In this document: positions 25,581 through 45,300 of the stretch, piece after piece
How positions within the stretch are numbered: position 1 is the first letter of the stretch
Layout of the letters: each line of letters begins with the position of its first letter
NCBI GenBank assembly: GCA_964199315.1
Contig: OZ116702.1
Location: 21,886,001-21,950,000, forward strand
Source of the DNA: Orbicella franksi
Lineage: Eukaryota
Length of the DNA: 64,000 nt
Direction: 5' to 3'
Program-made: the position numbers and the translations under genes
The notes under the pieces: model-generated
Database searches by the model: none
Told to the model about the DNA's origin: nothing
Seen by the model: the letters and a program-made list of their open reading frames with translations, nothing else

Positions 25581-28325
25581 GTATCTTTTCTTTACTAGCC
25601 CAAGACATTTGGCTCTTCAATAATTATTGCAAGACTGAGACTTCAAATTGAATAATTTCACTCTTTAAAATGGATAGCATATATCCTTACAAATGATTTT
25701 TTTTTTATTTTAATCATTTCACAGGCATGGTTCAATTAAAGACAAGCTGCTGATTTGCCGCAGCTGTGACAAGGGTTACCATTCTCTGTGTACAGTACCT
25801 GTGGCTAACTCTACAGAAAAGTTTGGCTGGAAGTGTGAGGTATGTAAGCAGCAGCTGGTGACCAGAATTAAAAGTTGGACTGAAATTCTAAGAACTATAC
25901 AGAGGAAAATTATGTATGAAAACCCCTTGGGAGAAGCAATACCTTAATCTTGAGATCACAAAGGTCATTGGATCATTTCCCCCACACTTTTTGGGCTTCC
26001 TATAAGCTAAGGAAAGGTCTGGAAATGCGAAAACATGGAAAAATAAGCAGTAACATGGAACGACGTTTTAGAGTTGTCATGACACCATTATCAATTTCTA
26101 AATGATTGAAATAAACTGTTACAAATAGTTTCTCTGAGGGTTAGCTAATTCAATTAATTATTTATGCAATGTCACGCAAATAGTTTGGCTTGAATTGAGT
26201 CCAATTGGATGTTTAGAGAAGGTGTAAATTTTCTAATACTAACAGCAACATTTTGTGCACCAGTCAGCCATTTAAACAAGCGAGTGAATGAATGTCATCT
26301 TCCATTGGCAAGCACCCTAGAGACAAACACTTTATTGTCCTCAAAGACCTTGACAAACAGTTTTCCACCCTTAAGAAGATAGTGAAAGAATAGATAATTT
26401 TGATTGTTTTGCGCACAAAATGTTGCTAATTAGATAATTTTCGCCTTTTCTTAACATCCAATTAGACTCAATTTACTTGACTGTTGGTAGGTCAATGCTT
26501 GACCCATTTTGTCTATAATAATCTGTTTTCTTTCTTAACAGAAATGTCGACAGTGCAGGCAGTGTGGAACAAAGAAAACATCACGCTGGCACATTGATTA
26601 CACTTTATGTGACAAGTGCTACCAAAACAAACACAAAACAAGTCGATGTCCTATGTGTAATGAAGAACAGGGCAACCAGAAGGTGATCCAGTGTGATTCA
26701 TGTAGCAGGTACGTATGTACATACAAGTTAGCACAGACCCCAGCTGCTAATTGGGTATCTTATAACTCCGATCTGAAATGTGTCCCCCAGTACTAGGAGG
26801 TTGTTCATTGAAGAAAACCTTCAGACAAAAGTATTTAAAGTTATCTTATTATATTGACATGAGTGTTTTACTGGAAAATTCACCTCTGGTAAAATTGATA
26901 CTGAGTGGTATTTCCCATCCTCACGGGTGAGTATATCGATGGCATCATTTCCCGCTTTTTCACAGTTGTTTAAGGAAACAGTTAGTCTCCCTATATAATA
27001 AAGAGAATATTCTGCTTACCCGCTTGCTTGGTCATAAAATATTGTTTTTACCACTCAAAAATATAATTCATATCTTTGCGGCATTGTGTAGTAACTGCTA
27101 TAATTTCTTTTGTGCCTATTTCTTTTTACTGCGTGCATCAAAGAACAGGCAAAAAACTCCAGTTTTGGAGGCTAATCCTAGAGGCTTACATGTATTTTCC
27201 TACTTAATCAGGGCTGTTGATGTTGTTTCATGTAGGGTGGATCAATCTGTAAAGTGATCTTCATGAAGTGTTTCACATCAACTTGGCATTATTGGACTAA
27301 ATACTGGCTTAGAAACAAACAAGAAACAATATTGTTGTTAAAAAGCTTGGAATGTAATAATGTAAAAAGATTGTATTACACAGTTAGTATCATCCATTGT
27401 CAGAAAACATTTGTACCAAATGTACAAAAAATGTACAACAAGGGCAAAAAAGTCTCCTGCCCTCAGAAACTTGAACCTTGGTGAAGGGTCACCGGAAATG
27501 GGTCCCCAAATTGACAGTGATTTAGTTTTTTATTGATTTTATTCGTATCTTTTTTTCATTTTTCCAATTTATTATTATCCTATTAACAGTTTTTTACACG
27601 GCCCCATAAGCTATATTAGCTTTAAAACCCATCATGTTTAAATAAAAGATGTTGTTGTTGTTATGTAATGTATAACTGATGAAGTGTATGTAAACACCTC
27701 TATGGCACCTGTATTTTTGTTATAAAGTCTTTGTATTGGCCGTAGTAACAAATCGGCCCATTGAGTGGAAAACTAGAAAATATCTAGAATTATCCCTGGA
27801 TCCAAGCAGTTTAATAAGCAAGCAGCAAAATAATTAGAAAATCTCTTTTTTGTTGTCGTTTCAGATGGATTCATACTGTTTGTGATAATATCACTGAAGA
27901 AATCTACAGCAAACTTGAACAAGATAGCAGCATAATCTATGTGTGCAAAATTTGTAGAGAGGAAGTTGAAAATATTAAGAAAGAATGTAGACGAGAGGTA
28001 AGTAGTGATCCTTAACATACATATACACCATGTTGATTCGTGAATTAAAAGAGTGCGTGACTGATTAATCTAGTTATTTTTTTTTTAGATTAAAACAGAT
28101 CCAACAGAGTTGGAAGAAGTATCTCCAGTCACAGCTATGGTTTTATCCCAGGAGAGTTACAAGGGACAGAACACAAGACACAGCTCCGTTGTCACCACCA
28201 GCATGGCTGCCACACCCTTGTGTATGTCGTGGATGACATCAGAGCCTGTCCAGTGGTCTCGTTTACGAATGACCTATTCTTTTGAATATTTCATTATGAA
28301 ACAGTATGGTAAAGTGTTACTTTAG
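7409..28325 (+). CDS. Putative ~988-aa chimeric protein: 2x SMAD4-like MH1 + Ser-rich linker + KMT2C-like ePHD-PHD-PHD-PHD (no MH2, no SET)
   Basis: Sixteen GT-AG exons with mutually compatible phases: 7409-7856, 15457-16014, 17919-17972, 18557-18585, 19444-19607, 20224-20311, 20962-21056, 21259-21570, 22081-22318, 23508-23612, 24147-24204, 24400-24565, 25725-25839, 26542-26708, 27865-27997, 28089-28325. Total 2967 nt with no internal stop. Small linker exons 3-7 are supported only by splice signals and phase, and intron 6 contains an N gap. Confidence 0.72.
8511..8889. promoter_or_regulatory. Cluster of Smad-binding elements (GTCT/AGAC) in intron 1
   Basis: Twelve GTCT/AGAC cores in 379 bp (8511, 8518, 8523, 8592, 8634, 8654, 8664, 8676, 8720, 8870, 8882, 8886). 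Seven are full CAGAC/GTCTG. Includes a perfect GTCTAGAC palindrome (8882-8889) and GGCGC at 8736. Confidence 0.5.
13262..13762 (+). mobile_element. 5'-truncated LINE (L2/CR1-clade) 3' end
   Basis: Encodes ..[52 protein letters not shown] (stop 13545-13547), a typical L2/CR1 ORF2 C-terminus. Followed by an AT-rich 3' UTR, AATAAA and a (GATT)n tail at 13736-13762. Confidence 0.85.
13882..15112. mobile_element. hAT-like non-autonomous TIR element
   Basis: 17-bp TIRs CAGGGGTCAACACTAAC / GTTAGTGTCGAGCCCTG (2 mismatches) and subterminal TGGCTAGT repeats. No clear TSD remains. Confidence 0.65.
14680..14999. mobile_element. MITE nested in the 13882-15112 element
   Basis: Perfect 14-bp inverted repeat ACCTGAAATTTTCG / CGAAAATTTCAGGT, plus internal inverted GTGACA and TTCGCGATTT motifs. 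Confidence 0.65.
15457..16014 (+). CDS. Exon 2: Pro/Ser linker + SMAD4-like MH1 domain #2
   Basis: Polypyrimidine tract plus CAG acceptor at 15456 (phase 1). [14 protein letters not shown]...[34 protein letters not shown]...[14 protein letters not shown]. Phase-1 donor at 16015. No in-frame ATG before the domain, so an upstream coding exon is required. Confidence 0.93.
16200..16310. repeat. Degenerate tandem repeat (ggtctttgttttagagtttt)n, MITE-derived
   Basis: Repeated GGTCTT/TTTTAGAG units ending in GAGACACCCC. Confidence 0.55.
17784..17824. repeat. (TA)n microsatellite followed by poly-T
   Basis: Read directly. Confidence 0.95.
18806..19014 (-). mobile_element. tRNA-derived SINE (minus-strand copy)
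   Basis: Its reverse complement aligns with the 19092-19360 and 58065-58310 copies (tgtgttcttg..acactt..actc.cactgtgcct..catcccatccaagggg..agtagaaata). Confidence 0.75.
19092..19360 (+). mobile_element. tRNA-derived SINE
   Basis: A-box-like tggttagtgc and B-box-like gggtttgagtcctggcc, then the same body as the other copies in this window. Confidence 0.8.
20570..20745 (+). mobile_element. LINE/SINE 3' tail remnant (L2-like)
   Basis: tgtaaagcact...aaatagcgctatataaataaa...(att)n terminal signature. Confidence 0.5.
20768..20895. other. Assembly gap (128 N)
   Basis: Run of N within intron 6 of the MH1-PHD gene model. Confidence 0.99.
21259..27997 (+). CDS. Exons 8-15: KMT2C-type N-terminal zinc-finger cluster (ePHD, PHD2, PHD3, PHD4)
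   Basis: [17 protein letters not shown]...EDLSSVGF...WVHDRCAAW; [47 protein letters not shown]; [94 protein letters not shown]. Collinear with human KMT2C ~aa 130-520 as I recall it (CAFCYCGEKSSLGQGDL, WAHHRCVEW, YHYPCA, CDKGYHTFC, WVHLECD). All zinc ligands are intact. Confidence 0.93.
22500..22640 (-). mobile_element. tRNA-derived SINE
   Basis: On the minus strand: gtagctcagtggttagagtgtcc...ggtcatgggtttgaatcctattggagactcagatttttttctttgtccc, a tRNA-like head with A and B boxes. Confidence 0.75.
22648..23336. mobile_element. PIF/Harbinger-like MITE
   Basis: TIRs GGGCGCGATCCATTCAACCAAA / TTTGGTTGAATGGATTGTGCCC with a 3-bp TAG direct repeat on both sides. Confidence 0.75.
23838..24007. mobile_element. 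hAT-like MITE
   Basis: 14-bp perfect TIR CAGGCTTTTAGCCA / TGGCTAAAAGCCTG and 8-bp TSD cttgccac / tttgccac. Confidence 0.85.
24581..25010. mobile_element. Tc1-mariner/pogo-like MITE
   Basis: TA|CAGT...ACTG|TA termini with repeated GTGGC..CTTAATAG subterminal motifs. A partial sister copy starts at ~47185. Confidence 0.8.
25172..25579 (+). mobile_element. 5'-truncated LINE (L2/CR1-clade) 3' end with (TTA)n tail
   Basis: Encodes [32 protein letters not shown], then a 3' UTR and ~21 TTA units (25516-25579). Confidence 0.8.
26853..27110. mobile_element. Interspersed repeat fragment, family uncertain
   Basis: atattgacatgagtgttttactggaaaat...aattcatatctttgcg resembles a repeat type I recall from coral genomes. 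Related-looking sequence at ~52940-53400. Confidence 0.45.
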
Positions 28326-31300
28326 GGCCAATGTGTTGGAAGTGTTCAAAACTATTGCAAAAGGCAAAATTATGGTCCATTTCTATGGATATTTTGTTTT
28401 TGGAAGAAAAAGATATTTTGCTGTAGTTAGAATATCCATGTCAAACTTTCAGATTGCCACCATAACAAACCTTTTGCTTCTTCTGAAGACAGTTTTGAAT
28501 ACTTTCATTTTTTGATAATTTGGTTTATATGGTGGTTATTGAGCGTCTGTCCCAGAAGCCTTGTTTTGGTAGGGTGCATGTCAAGTAGCAACTAGGAATG
28601 GTGAGTTTATTTGGGTTGAATCATATGGCTGTACGCACAAGATAGACGTTTAGGCAAATTATCTGTTTGCCTTTGAAGTTCTTTATATTGATGGAAGAAT
28701 TCAATCTTGTAAATTGTATATTATATTAAATTATCTGCATGTCATCACTGATATTTAAATATTACAAACATACATACACTGAATTTTCTTAAAGCATTAA
28801 ATCAACTGTCGCAATAAGAGATGTAGTGACAATGCAAAGGAAATCTATAATTTATATACGCAGATATTATTTTCCAGTTCAAAGTGAAATCCCTTGAATT
28901 ACTTCAGATAAAATGCTATTTATTACTATTAATGAATGTCCATTCTGTCAAATACTTGTCGAAGATAAGATGTGACTCTAATCTTTTGAAGATGTTGGTG
29001 AGTTTTCTTGTTGAACATTATCATTTTCGTAAATGAACTTTGGTGTAAATGTAAGTTTTACAGTTGATACTATTACATGTTTTGTCCTGATTAATGTTAG
29101 TCTCAACTTTTTCAGAACAAGTTTCTTGCTTGCTTGCTTGCTTTAACACCAAAAACAATTTTTGCTGCATTACAGAATTTTGAGTTTATTAAATTCATTT
29201 GGTGAGTTACTTATTTTTGATCATGTGGCAGGTTTTCTTTGTATGACAACTTGTCCATTGTAAATCTGTAAGGATGCAAAAATTTATATATTGATGTATA
29301 TACAGATATATGCAGGTACATATATATTCAGTCAGTTTTTATAACTATTGTCATGAGAGATTTTGATTTTGGTAATTTATGTATGTAATCTTTAATTCCT
29401 TTTCTTGGAAGACAAGTAGCACCAAAACAAAGCCTTATATGACACAATTTTTAGCAAGTTTTTTTTCCTGTGATTATTTACCGGTATATGTGGCTTAAAC
29501 TTGTTTTTGGTTCAAGAGATTTTTCAAACCAGGTTGAATTTATTGTCACCTGTTTCATAATAATACTATATTGAATGCAAGACAAAGGACATATTTCAAG
29601 TTTCAACCCAAAGAAGATTTCAAATTTCAAATTTCACCCAAAAATAGATTTAAACCACATGTACATCACTGTTAGTTATTGCTCATGCTCACTATAACCC
29701 ATGAAAAAAATACTGATACCATGTATTCCACCCGAGATTCATATCTTCATGTGATTGGTAGTTGTGTTTGGAAACTGTGACTGAGTAACAGCCAGAGAGA
29801 CTTGTAGGGTTGCTGAACTGGTTTGTCATGGACTGTTTTTGTGCAAATTTCAATTGTTTGTGTGTAGGAAACTCATGAGTGAACAGAGACGTCTATTTTC
29901 TTAGACTACAGGCACATGACTTGTGCAATATGCTGAATACTTTATAACTATGATTTGATGCATGGCCAGAAATCTGCCTTGACAGGTCTGTGCTAGAATA
30001 AAGAAAAACAAACATACCCTTATACTCCTTTAGTTCAAAATTCAAAATGTTTATAAATTATATGTTACAAAGTTATTCAATGCAAGGCCAAAAATTGATG
30101 CAAAGTTTGTCAGATTATAGCTAAGGAAAAAAGCTACTTTTAAGGTAGAAGACTAGATTCTTTTTACTTGCTGAAACTAAACTGATCCATGGTGGTGAAG
30201 CTGGCTATGCATTAAATTACAGATATGGAACTTATTTACTTCTAGAGTGGTGCCTCCTGATAAATACAAAATGTTATTAACCTTCTAGGGCTGGAACCCA
30301 ATTATAATTTTGTTTGGCTACTGTGGTTGAGTCTGTTTTGAGGATTTGTACAAACAGTGATTATTTTTAATACATCCTGATTATAAAATTGTTATAGAGA
30401 AAGTCACCCTCCACTCATTCATACACTTAATTGAATCTATTAAGACTGTTTACACTGAACTGTCAATCTAAAGTAAAAAATTAATTTCATTTTACAGAAA
30501 CTTACCTGTTGAGAAAGAGAAACCTCTATTTTTATTGTTTTCTACGTAATAAGTGGATCAATTAAAATCTTATTTTATACTGCAATATTTGGTCACATGA
30601 TTTTATGTGCCATCTGAGTAATCAACATACATTTGTACTTTGGTTGCACCAAGTTAGTTCCAAGCTTGAAAAACAAATTCTCCCCACTAATTATTGCAGA
30701 TTATCCTTGAAAATATAAGGAGAATTTGATTAGATCAGGCTTGGAATTACATGGTTTTGATCTTTTTTTTTTTTTCTAAGACGTAAGAACTGTGAACAAA
30801 TGCTGGCCACGGTAATTATTTTGAAAATATCTTGATGGCATCTTTACAACACCAGCACTGTTACTTGTATCTAGTAAACGCAGTCTCTCTGACTCTTTTA
30901 TTTGCTCAAGGTGTTTGTAAAATGGCTTGGATTTGTTATTTTGTAAGGCTAACACGGATTTATTCAGGGTGTCTGGTCTGGTAGCCACTTATGTATGTGA
31001 TACCCATTCAACACTAACAAATCAAACCTTGACATATATAATTATATCACAGGTGATCAGGAGTGTATTTATATCTGAAATAGACAAACTTGTATCAAAG
31101 CTGATAAGCTGAACAGAAAATAGTTATTTTTAATATGAAAATTATTGCATGATCTTTATACTTATTTTAAAACACCTGAGATTGCATTTGCTGAAAAGAG
31201 CAGTCTGTATATGAAATATAATATTTATTAAAATAAGTACCAACTCCAAAGTTATGTATTGTGGTACTGTACCACTAGCAGTGGATTTATATCAAACCTT

Positions 31301-33476
31301 TCCCTACTGTAGACAAAACACTGCTTTGCCCTCCCTAGACAGTTGCTTAGTTCTTGCGGTGGCTAATTCCTCCTTGGGAGATGGGAGTTAGTGTATGTAA
31401 ATACCTACAAGTTCGTATCTACTTGGTAAGAATGGGCTCCCGCTATAATTATGGGGGCCTTTTCTATAGAATCGTCGCTGGATATTTTATAACGTATGAA
31501 GTAAGAATTCGAGTGAAATAAACAGCTGTAGACTCAATATATTGGAGCCCTTTGGCAACTCATTTATTGGAACATTAGTGTAGTGAACAACTAGTAAGCC
31601 TTGTGTCAATCATTTGCAGCTATAACAAGACTGCCATATTAAATATAGATTTAACTGTCTCTGGGACCAGCTTGCACCTAAAAACCCCATGTTTTCCATG
31701 TCATTTGTTATGAAACATTAACTGTTCCACAGTGATAAATATATTGTTTGGTAGATGCCATAGATATATAATGTTACATTTAAGCAAAATAAAGGTGACT
31801 GAAATATAATTAAATTGGTTGACTTCTAATGTTTTATGATGATTAATCTGCTGAGCAAGTAGTATTAAACTAATTTATGTTGTTTAGTAGCTTGTAATAT
31901 TTATGAATATGTAAATCAGGTATGTTAAAAACTATCATGAAGCTAACTAATGACCTATTTGATATCAACAGTAAACAATAAAATTTCAGCAATAATTAGT
32001 GACAACATGAAAACATTACCATAACACTATCCTAAAAATATTAGCCTTGTTTGAACCTGACTGAGTAGGCTGTACTTGCACGATGGTGACCTTTTTTTGG
32101 AGATGACTATCAAATTTGATACAAATTGGTCTTTTAAAATGCACTTCCATAAAACATTGTGTGGATCAATAGTTTTTGATTAACATTTCCATTAGGGGGC
32201 AATATTTAAAAGCAGGCTGTTTGGGGTTTTTCAAGTTATTCACTAGACTTGCTCAGGGCCAGCTTAGAATAGCACACTTGCATGATGTCATCATTTGACT
32301 ACAACTACCAGAATCATTTTGTTTCTCCTTTATTATTCAAATTTTAAAACTACAGGGGGGTTAAAATGACAATTGTGCCATATTAGCATGAGTTAAAAAA
32401 ATAATTAAGCATAATGGTAGTTGTAGTGAAATGATGCCATCATGCAAGTTGCCTATTGAGTGCACAATGTACTACAGGTTCAAATTCATTCCACTTTTAA
32501 GGCTAGTGACTAAACAGTTAAGAATTCAAAGTGTAACATGGTAACATTTTTACCACATTTGATTATCGCTGGCCTTGCATTGAAACATGAAAACATATTA
32601 AATTGCTTTGGGCTTTTAATAAGGTAGTATAATTATTGTGCGATGATCCTTAAATCAATTGAAATTTTGTAAATTTGAATAAATGAATGCTGTGCTTAAA
32701 CTGCCTATTGTGTATGTCTTGATTCCTATTTGTTCTGAAACTTAACACTAATTAGAATAAACGTCACAAAGTAACATTTTTTTTTAGATAAAACAGGCTT
32801 TAATCAGTCCTTTGAGATGTCCCCCTTGATTAATGTCTGTTAACTGTCGAAGCATTACTCTTGCTAATGACTTTATTAGCTATGACCTTATTAACTACTA
32901 AAAAGTAATTGACATTCAAATAATTGAAAGCAGGAAATCCCAATAATTATCATGTACCAAGCCACTGAATGTTGTTTCTTTCCTGTTCTGGGGTATTCTA
33001 CACTTCCCACAAGGTTGAAAATTGTGAAGCAACATTGCATTTGGTAAAAGAAACAAACTGGTTTTCTACAGAGTGATTATTGCCCTAGGTGTAGACAAGA
33101 GAAATTTACCTCCAAAAAATTAACAGTAACTTGAGAGTACCCCACTTTACTTCACGCAAAACTGCTCAGAATTGGGGGTGGGAGGGGGGTGGGGTAGGGG
33201 TGGGGGGGGGGGGCAAGGAGTAAGGGAGTTAACTCCTTGAACCATGAAAATCACGAAATGGATGTAGGAGTGAATATTGCTATCATATGACCCCCCAGTA
33301 AGAAATGATATGAACTTGTTGAAAAGACTGCACATAATTTTCAGCACAAAACATCCCCTATACCAGGAGTAATGGTCAAAATACGCAAAGTATGAATTGC
33401 ATTTGGTGCATAATGTAGAAAAATATTGTGGGTTATTCCAGGCTTATCTGCGAGGCCATGTCTGGCTTGTCTTCAT

Positions 33477-42024
<8,548 letters not shown>

Positions 42025-42356
42025 TTTAGTTTCACAATCTGGAAATGTACCGACGGAAACTGGGAACTACCTATGGTGAATGGACAAAAGACCAACCCAA
42101 GTGGGAGAGGGGTCGGTATAACGTGGGTGGTGCAATTTTGTACCTTTTTGCTTTCCACTGTTTTAATAACTTTAGGTAAGTAAGGCTGCAGTTAAACTTT
42201 TCGCATAATCACTGCTATATCTATACCACATGAAGCGTAGGTAAAGCGTAGGTAATATTGTAAAATTTATAGGTCCAGAACTAACGGGTTTACCCCGGGA
42301 CCCAGTCCTCTTCCTCGCCGCACGTTGGAAGAGGATCCCATCCATGTTTTGAGAAA
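42025..42356. promoter_or_regulatory. Bidirectional promoter between PHYHD1 and SOD2
   Basis: Only 332 bp separate the two divergent ATGs. Contains an 11-bp tandem repeat AAGCGTAGGTA x2 (42233-42254). Confidence 0.75.
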
Positions 42357-45300
42357 ATGCTTGCCCGTGGTTGCGAAAGCTTTTGTTCGTTGAAGAAGTT
42401 ATTTCCTGTCGTTGTTGCAGGAGTGACTAGAGCTAAACACACTCTTCCAGATTTACCGTACGATTATAATGCTCTGGAGCCCACAATCAGCGCGGAAATC
42501 ATGCAAATTCATCACCAAAAACACCATGCTACCTATGTGAACAATTTGAATGTTGCCGAGGAGAAGTTTGCCGAGGCTCAAGCAAAAGGTTAGCTGAAAT
42601 CTGATTATTAAATAAATATTCATATATACATTTTATATCTACATTATATAAACATATTTTCTTCTTGGGCCATAGGTTTCAGGGAATCAAAGTTTATCAA
42701 CGAAAGGCCTGCTTCACATCGAACAAAAAGCGATTTTGCACATGTTCATATTGTGGCTTGCTTGTTTTTTATGGTATTAAGTTAAATAATGTATCAGTGG
42801 TGTTTGTCTGGACTTACTGCTAGTACATTTGACTGATAACTGTATTCACAAGCTTTGTTGATCTTTTTTTCCATAATGGCTGTCTTTGAAGTCTTTGAAT
42901 TAACTGGGTGCATGTTGGGAGTGGTAGGAGGGTGGCTGGGGTGGGGGGTCCTTCCATCAATTAAATGGGAAGGTCACTCCAATAGACGTATTTCTTTTTT
43001 GTCAGCGCTAATAAAAACCTTGCACCGAGTTTAGCCACTAACCAAAGTTTCAGCATCCAAATTGTAGGTTTTTCTTGTGAAATTTGCCTCCAAATAGGCC
43101 CAAAATTTGACATCGTTGCCGCCATTTTGAACAGTACTCAGCAGCCAGGCTGCATTTTCATGGTGTCATTCCATCCAAGGGATTTTGCCAATGGCTTCTG
43201 ATAATGAAGCCTTTTAACTACCACTCCAGGTTATGGCTGCTCTTGAGCTGTATTATTTCAAGCCGAACATGCTCCAAACCCCAAAAATGATAGCAGTGAA
43301 GATAGCAAAGTGGATAATTATTGGTTGGAAAAAATACATTTTGCTAACCTTTTGAAGGATGCCAAGTCAGTTGCACGTTTCTCTCGTTCCTGCCAATTTC
43401 GAGTTGGACGGAATGATGTCACAGAAACACGGCCTGGCTGCCAAGTTCAGTTTCAAAATGGTGGCATCCAAAGTCAAATTTTAAGGCTTCTTTCGAGATG
43501 AATTTCTTCAGGATAGCAGGCACTTTAGAGGCTAAAACTTCGGTGATTGGGAAAGCTGAATGTTTACTTGCCATAAGTGGAGACAAAACAGTAAGCTTTT
43601 TGGAGTGACCTTCTCCTGTAAGAATAGGTTTATGTCGTGATAGGTATTTAAAGAATTAGAAAACAAAACTGAAGACCCAAAATGTGGAAAATGACAGTTT
43701 TAATCAATCAGGACCGCATTTTATGCACAGTTTTATTTGATAGGATCACAACAGAATCACAATACTGGAAAGAGCTAAGAGGATAAAAACCATACCTAAA
43801 AATCCTTACCCTCTTCAGTAGCACATACTTACATAGCTGCTAAATGGGACTATCCTTCACTCCCCTAGAGAATGATTCTGAGGTAGAGCAGGAGTAGTAC
43901 TGAACCCTCTTGATTACATTACAAATCACAATTATTTTGTTATTTTTAGAAAAAAAGAGGAATACTTGTTATTTCTAATATAGTACAGATATTGTTTTAT
44001 TTATTCATGTGAGTGTTTTACAAACTTGTCTTCTTTAGTTTTATGTTCACCTATCTCTTTCTTGACTAGATGTCACATAAGACCTCAAACTTGTCTACTA
44101 GCTCCTAGGTATTCTTCGGATAAATAAACTATTGACTCGATTGATGTAATGTGTTTTTGAAATTTTCACTCAATTAACACCAGATTACCTGAGCAAGGTA
44201 CTTCCAGATTTGAAGTCTCCTTATTCCAGAATTTTTTTACAAAACACCAAAAAAACATTTGCCTGGCCACAACACCTCCTTGAAATAAATCATCGTTGGT
44301 AACTCATTGAACTGAACTTCTACTGTATGGACTGTATGATAGTTGTACTTAGCACTGCTGATTCTGTATGCCAGGTGATACAAGTGCCATGATAGCTCTG
44401 CAGCCAGCCCTGAAGTTTAATGGCGGAGGTCATATCAACCATGGAATATTTTGGACAAATCTTTCTCCTAATGGTGGCGGAGAACCGACAGGTATTATGG
44501 AATTATTTTAGCTGCCATTGTGTTATAATTGACGTTAACCGCTTTGCTTATGGTAATATTTGAGGATGATCAATATTTTTCGAATCCAATAACCAACAGA
44601 CCTTTGTAAAATGCATGTGAGGCAATTTCAGGCAATTTTGTAGTTTCACATCACATAAGATTACATTGAAATGCAACTAAGAAAAGTTAACTGCAAAAGG
44701 GCCATTGTTAATTATTAATTAGAAGACACTTGTTGTGATGTAGTGCAAGTCTGATCTGTTCTCTTGTTGTTGATGTTTAACAGCTACATTTCGGCTACAG
44801 TCCCTCATCAATTATCCTCATAAGGGGAACTCTTTCTTCCTTTGTGGTTTAAAATATCCAATTAAAAGTAATTGTTAGATTTTTTACCAACTATGAACCC
44901 CGTATATCATCTACTAAAAACAATGAAACTACTAACCAACGTTTCTGAGTATAGTAAACTTAGCTGTGCCTTGTTGACTTCTTTGAGGTTTAAATACAAA
45001 TCCTGGTCTAATGCAGGTGCCCTGATGGAAGCTATCAAGAAAGACTTTGGTTCATTTGAGAGCTTTAAAGAAAGGTTCAACACAGCAACAATAGCTGTAC
45101 AAGGTTCAGGATGGGGCTGGCTGGTAAGTAAATCAAAGGTTTTTCACGTTACAGTGAATGCTAATTTGAAATTCTGTACTTTCATCTCGCTGTTGATCAA
45201 CCAGTTTTATTATTGATATAGTGTGAATACAGTGACACCTATACATGTACTACCACAGTATTATAAGCAGATACCCACAGAAAACCCATACTAGTGACTT

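Noticed and set aside
21259-28325. Calling the PHD exons the 5' part of a second full-length KMT2C
   Set aside because: The frame stops at 28325. No second PHD cluster, HMG, FYR or SET exons follow, and PHYHD1 occupies the opposite strand from 33.5 kb.
30776-30988. 70-aa minus-strand ORF between the convergent genes
   Set aside because: It has a non-ATG start, no convincing splice sites or homology, and lies in probable 3' UTR.
33170-33225. G-rich runs as functional G-quadruplexes (also ~49755, ~61270, ~63275)
   Set aside because: These are simple poly-G or poly-purine tracts in introns; nothing else supports function, and their lengths are unreliable in assemblies.
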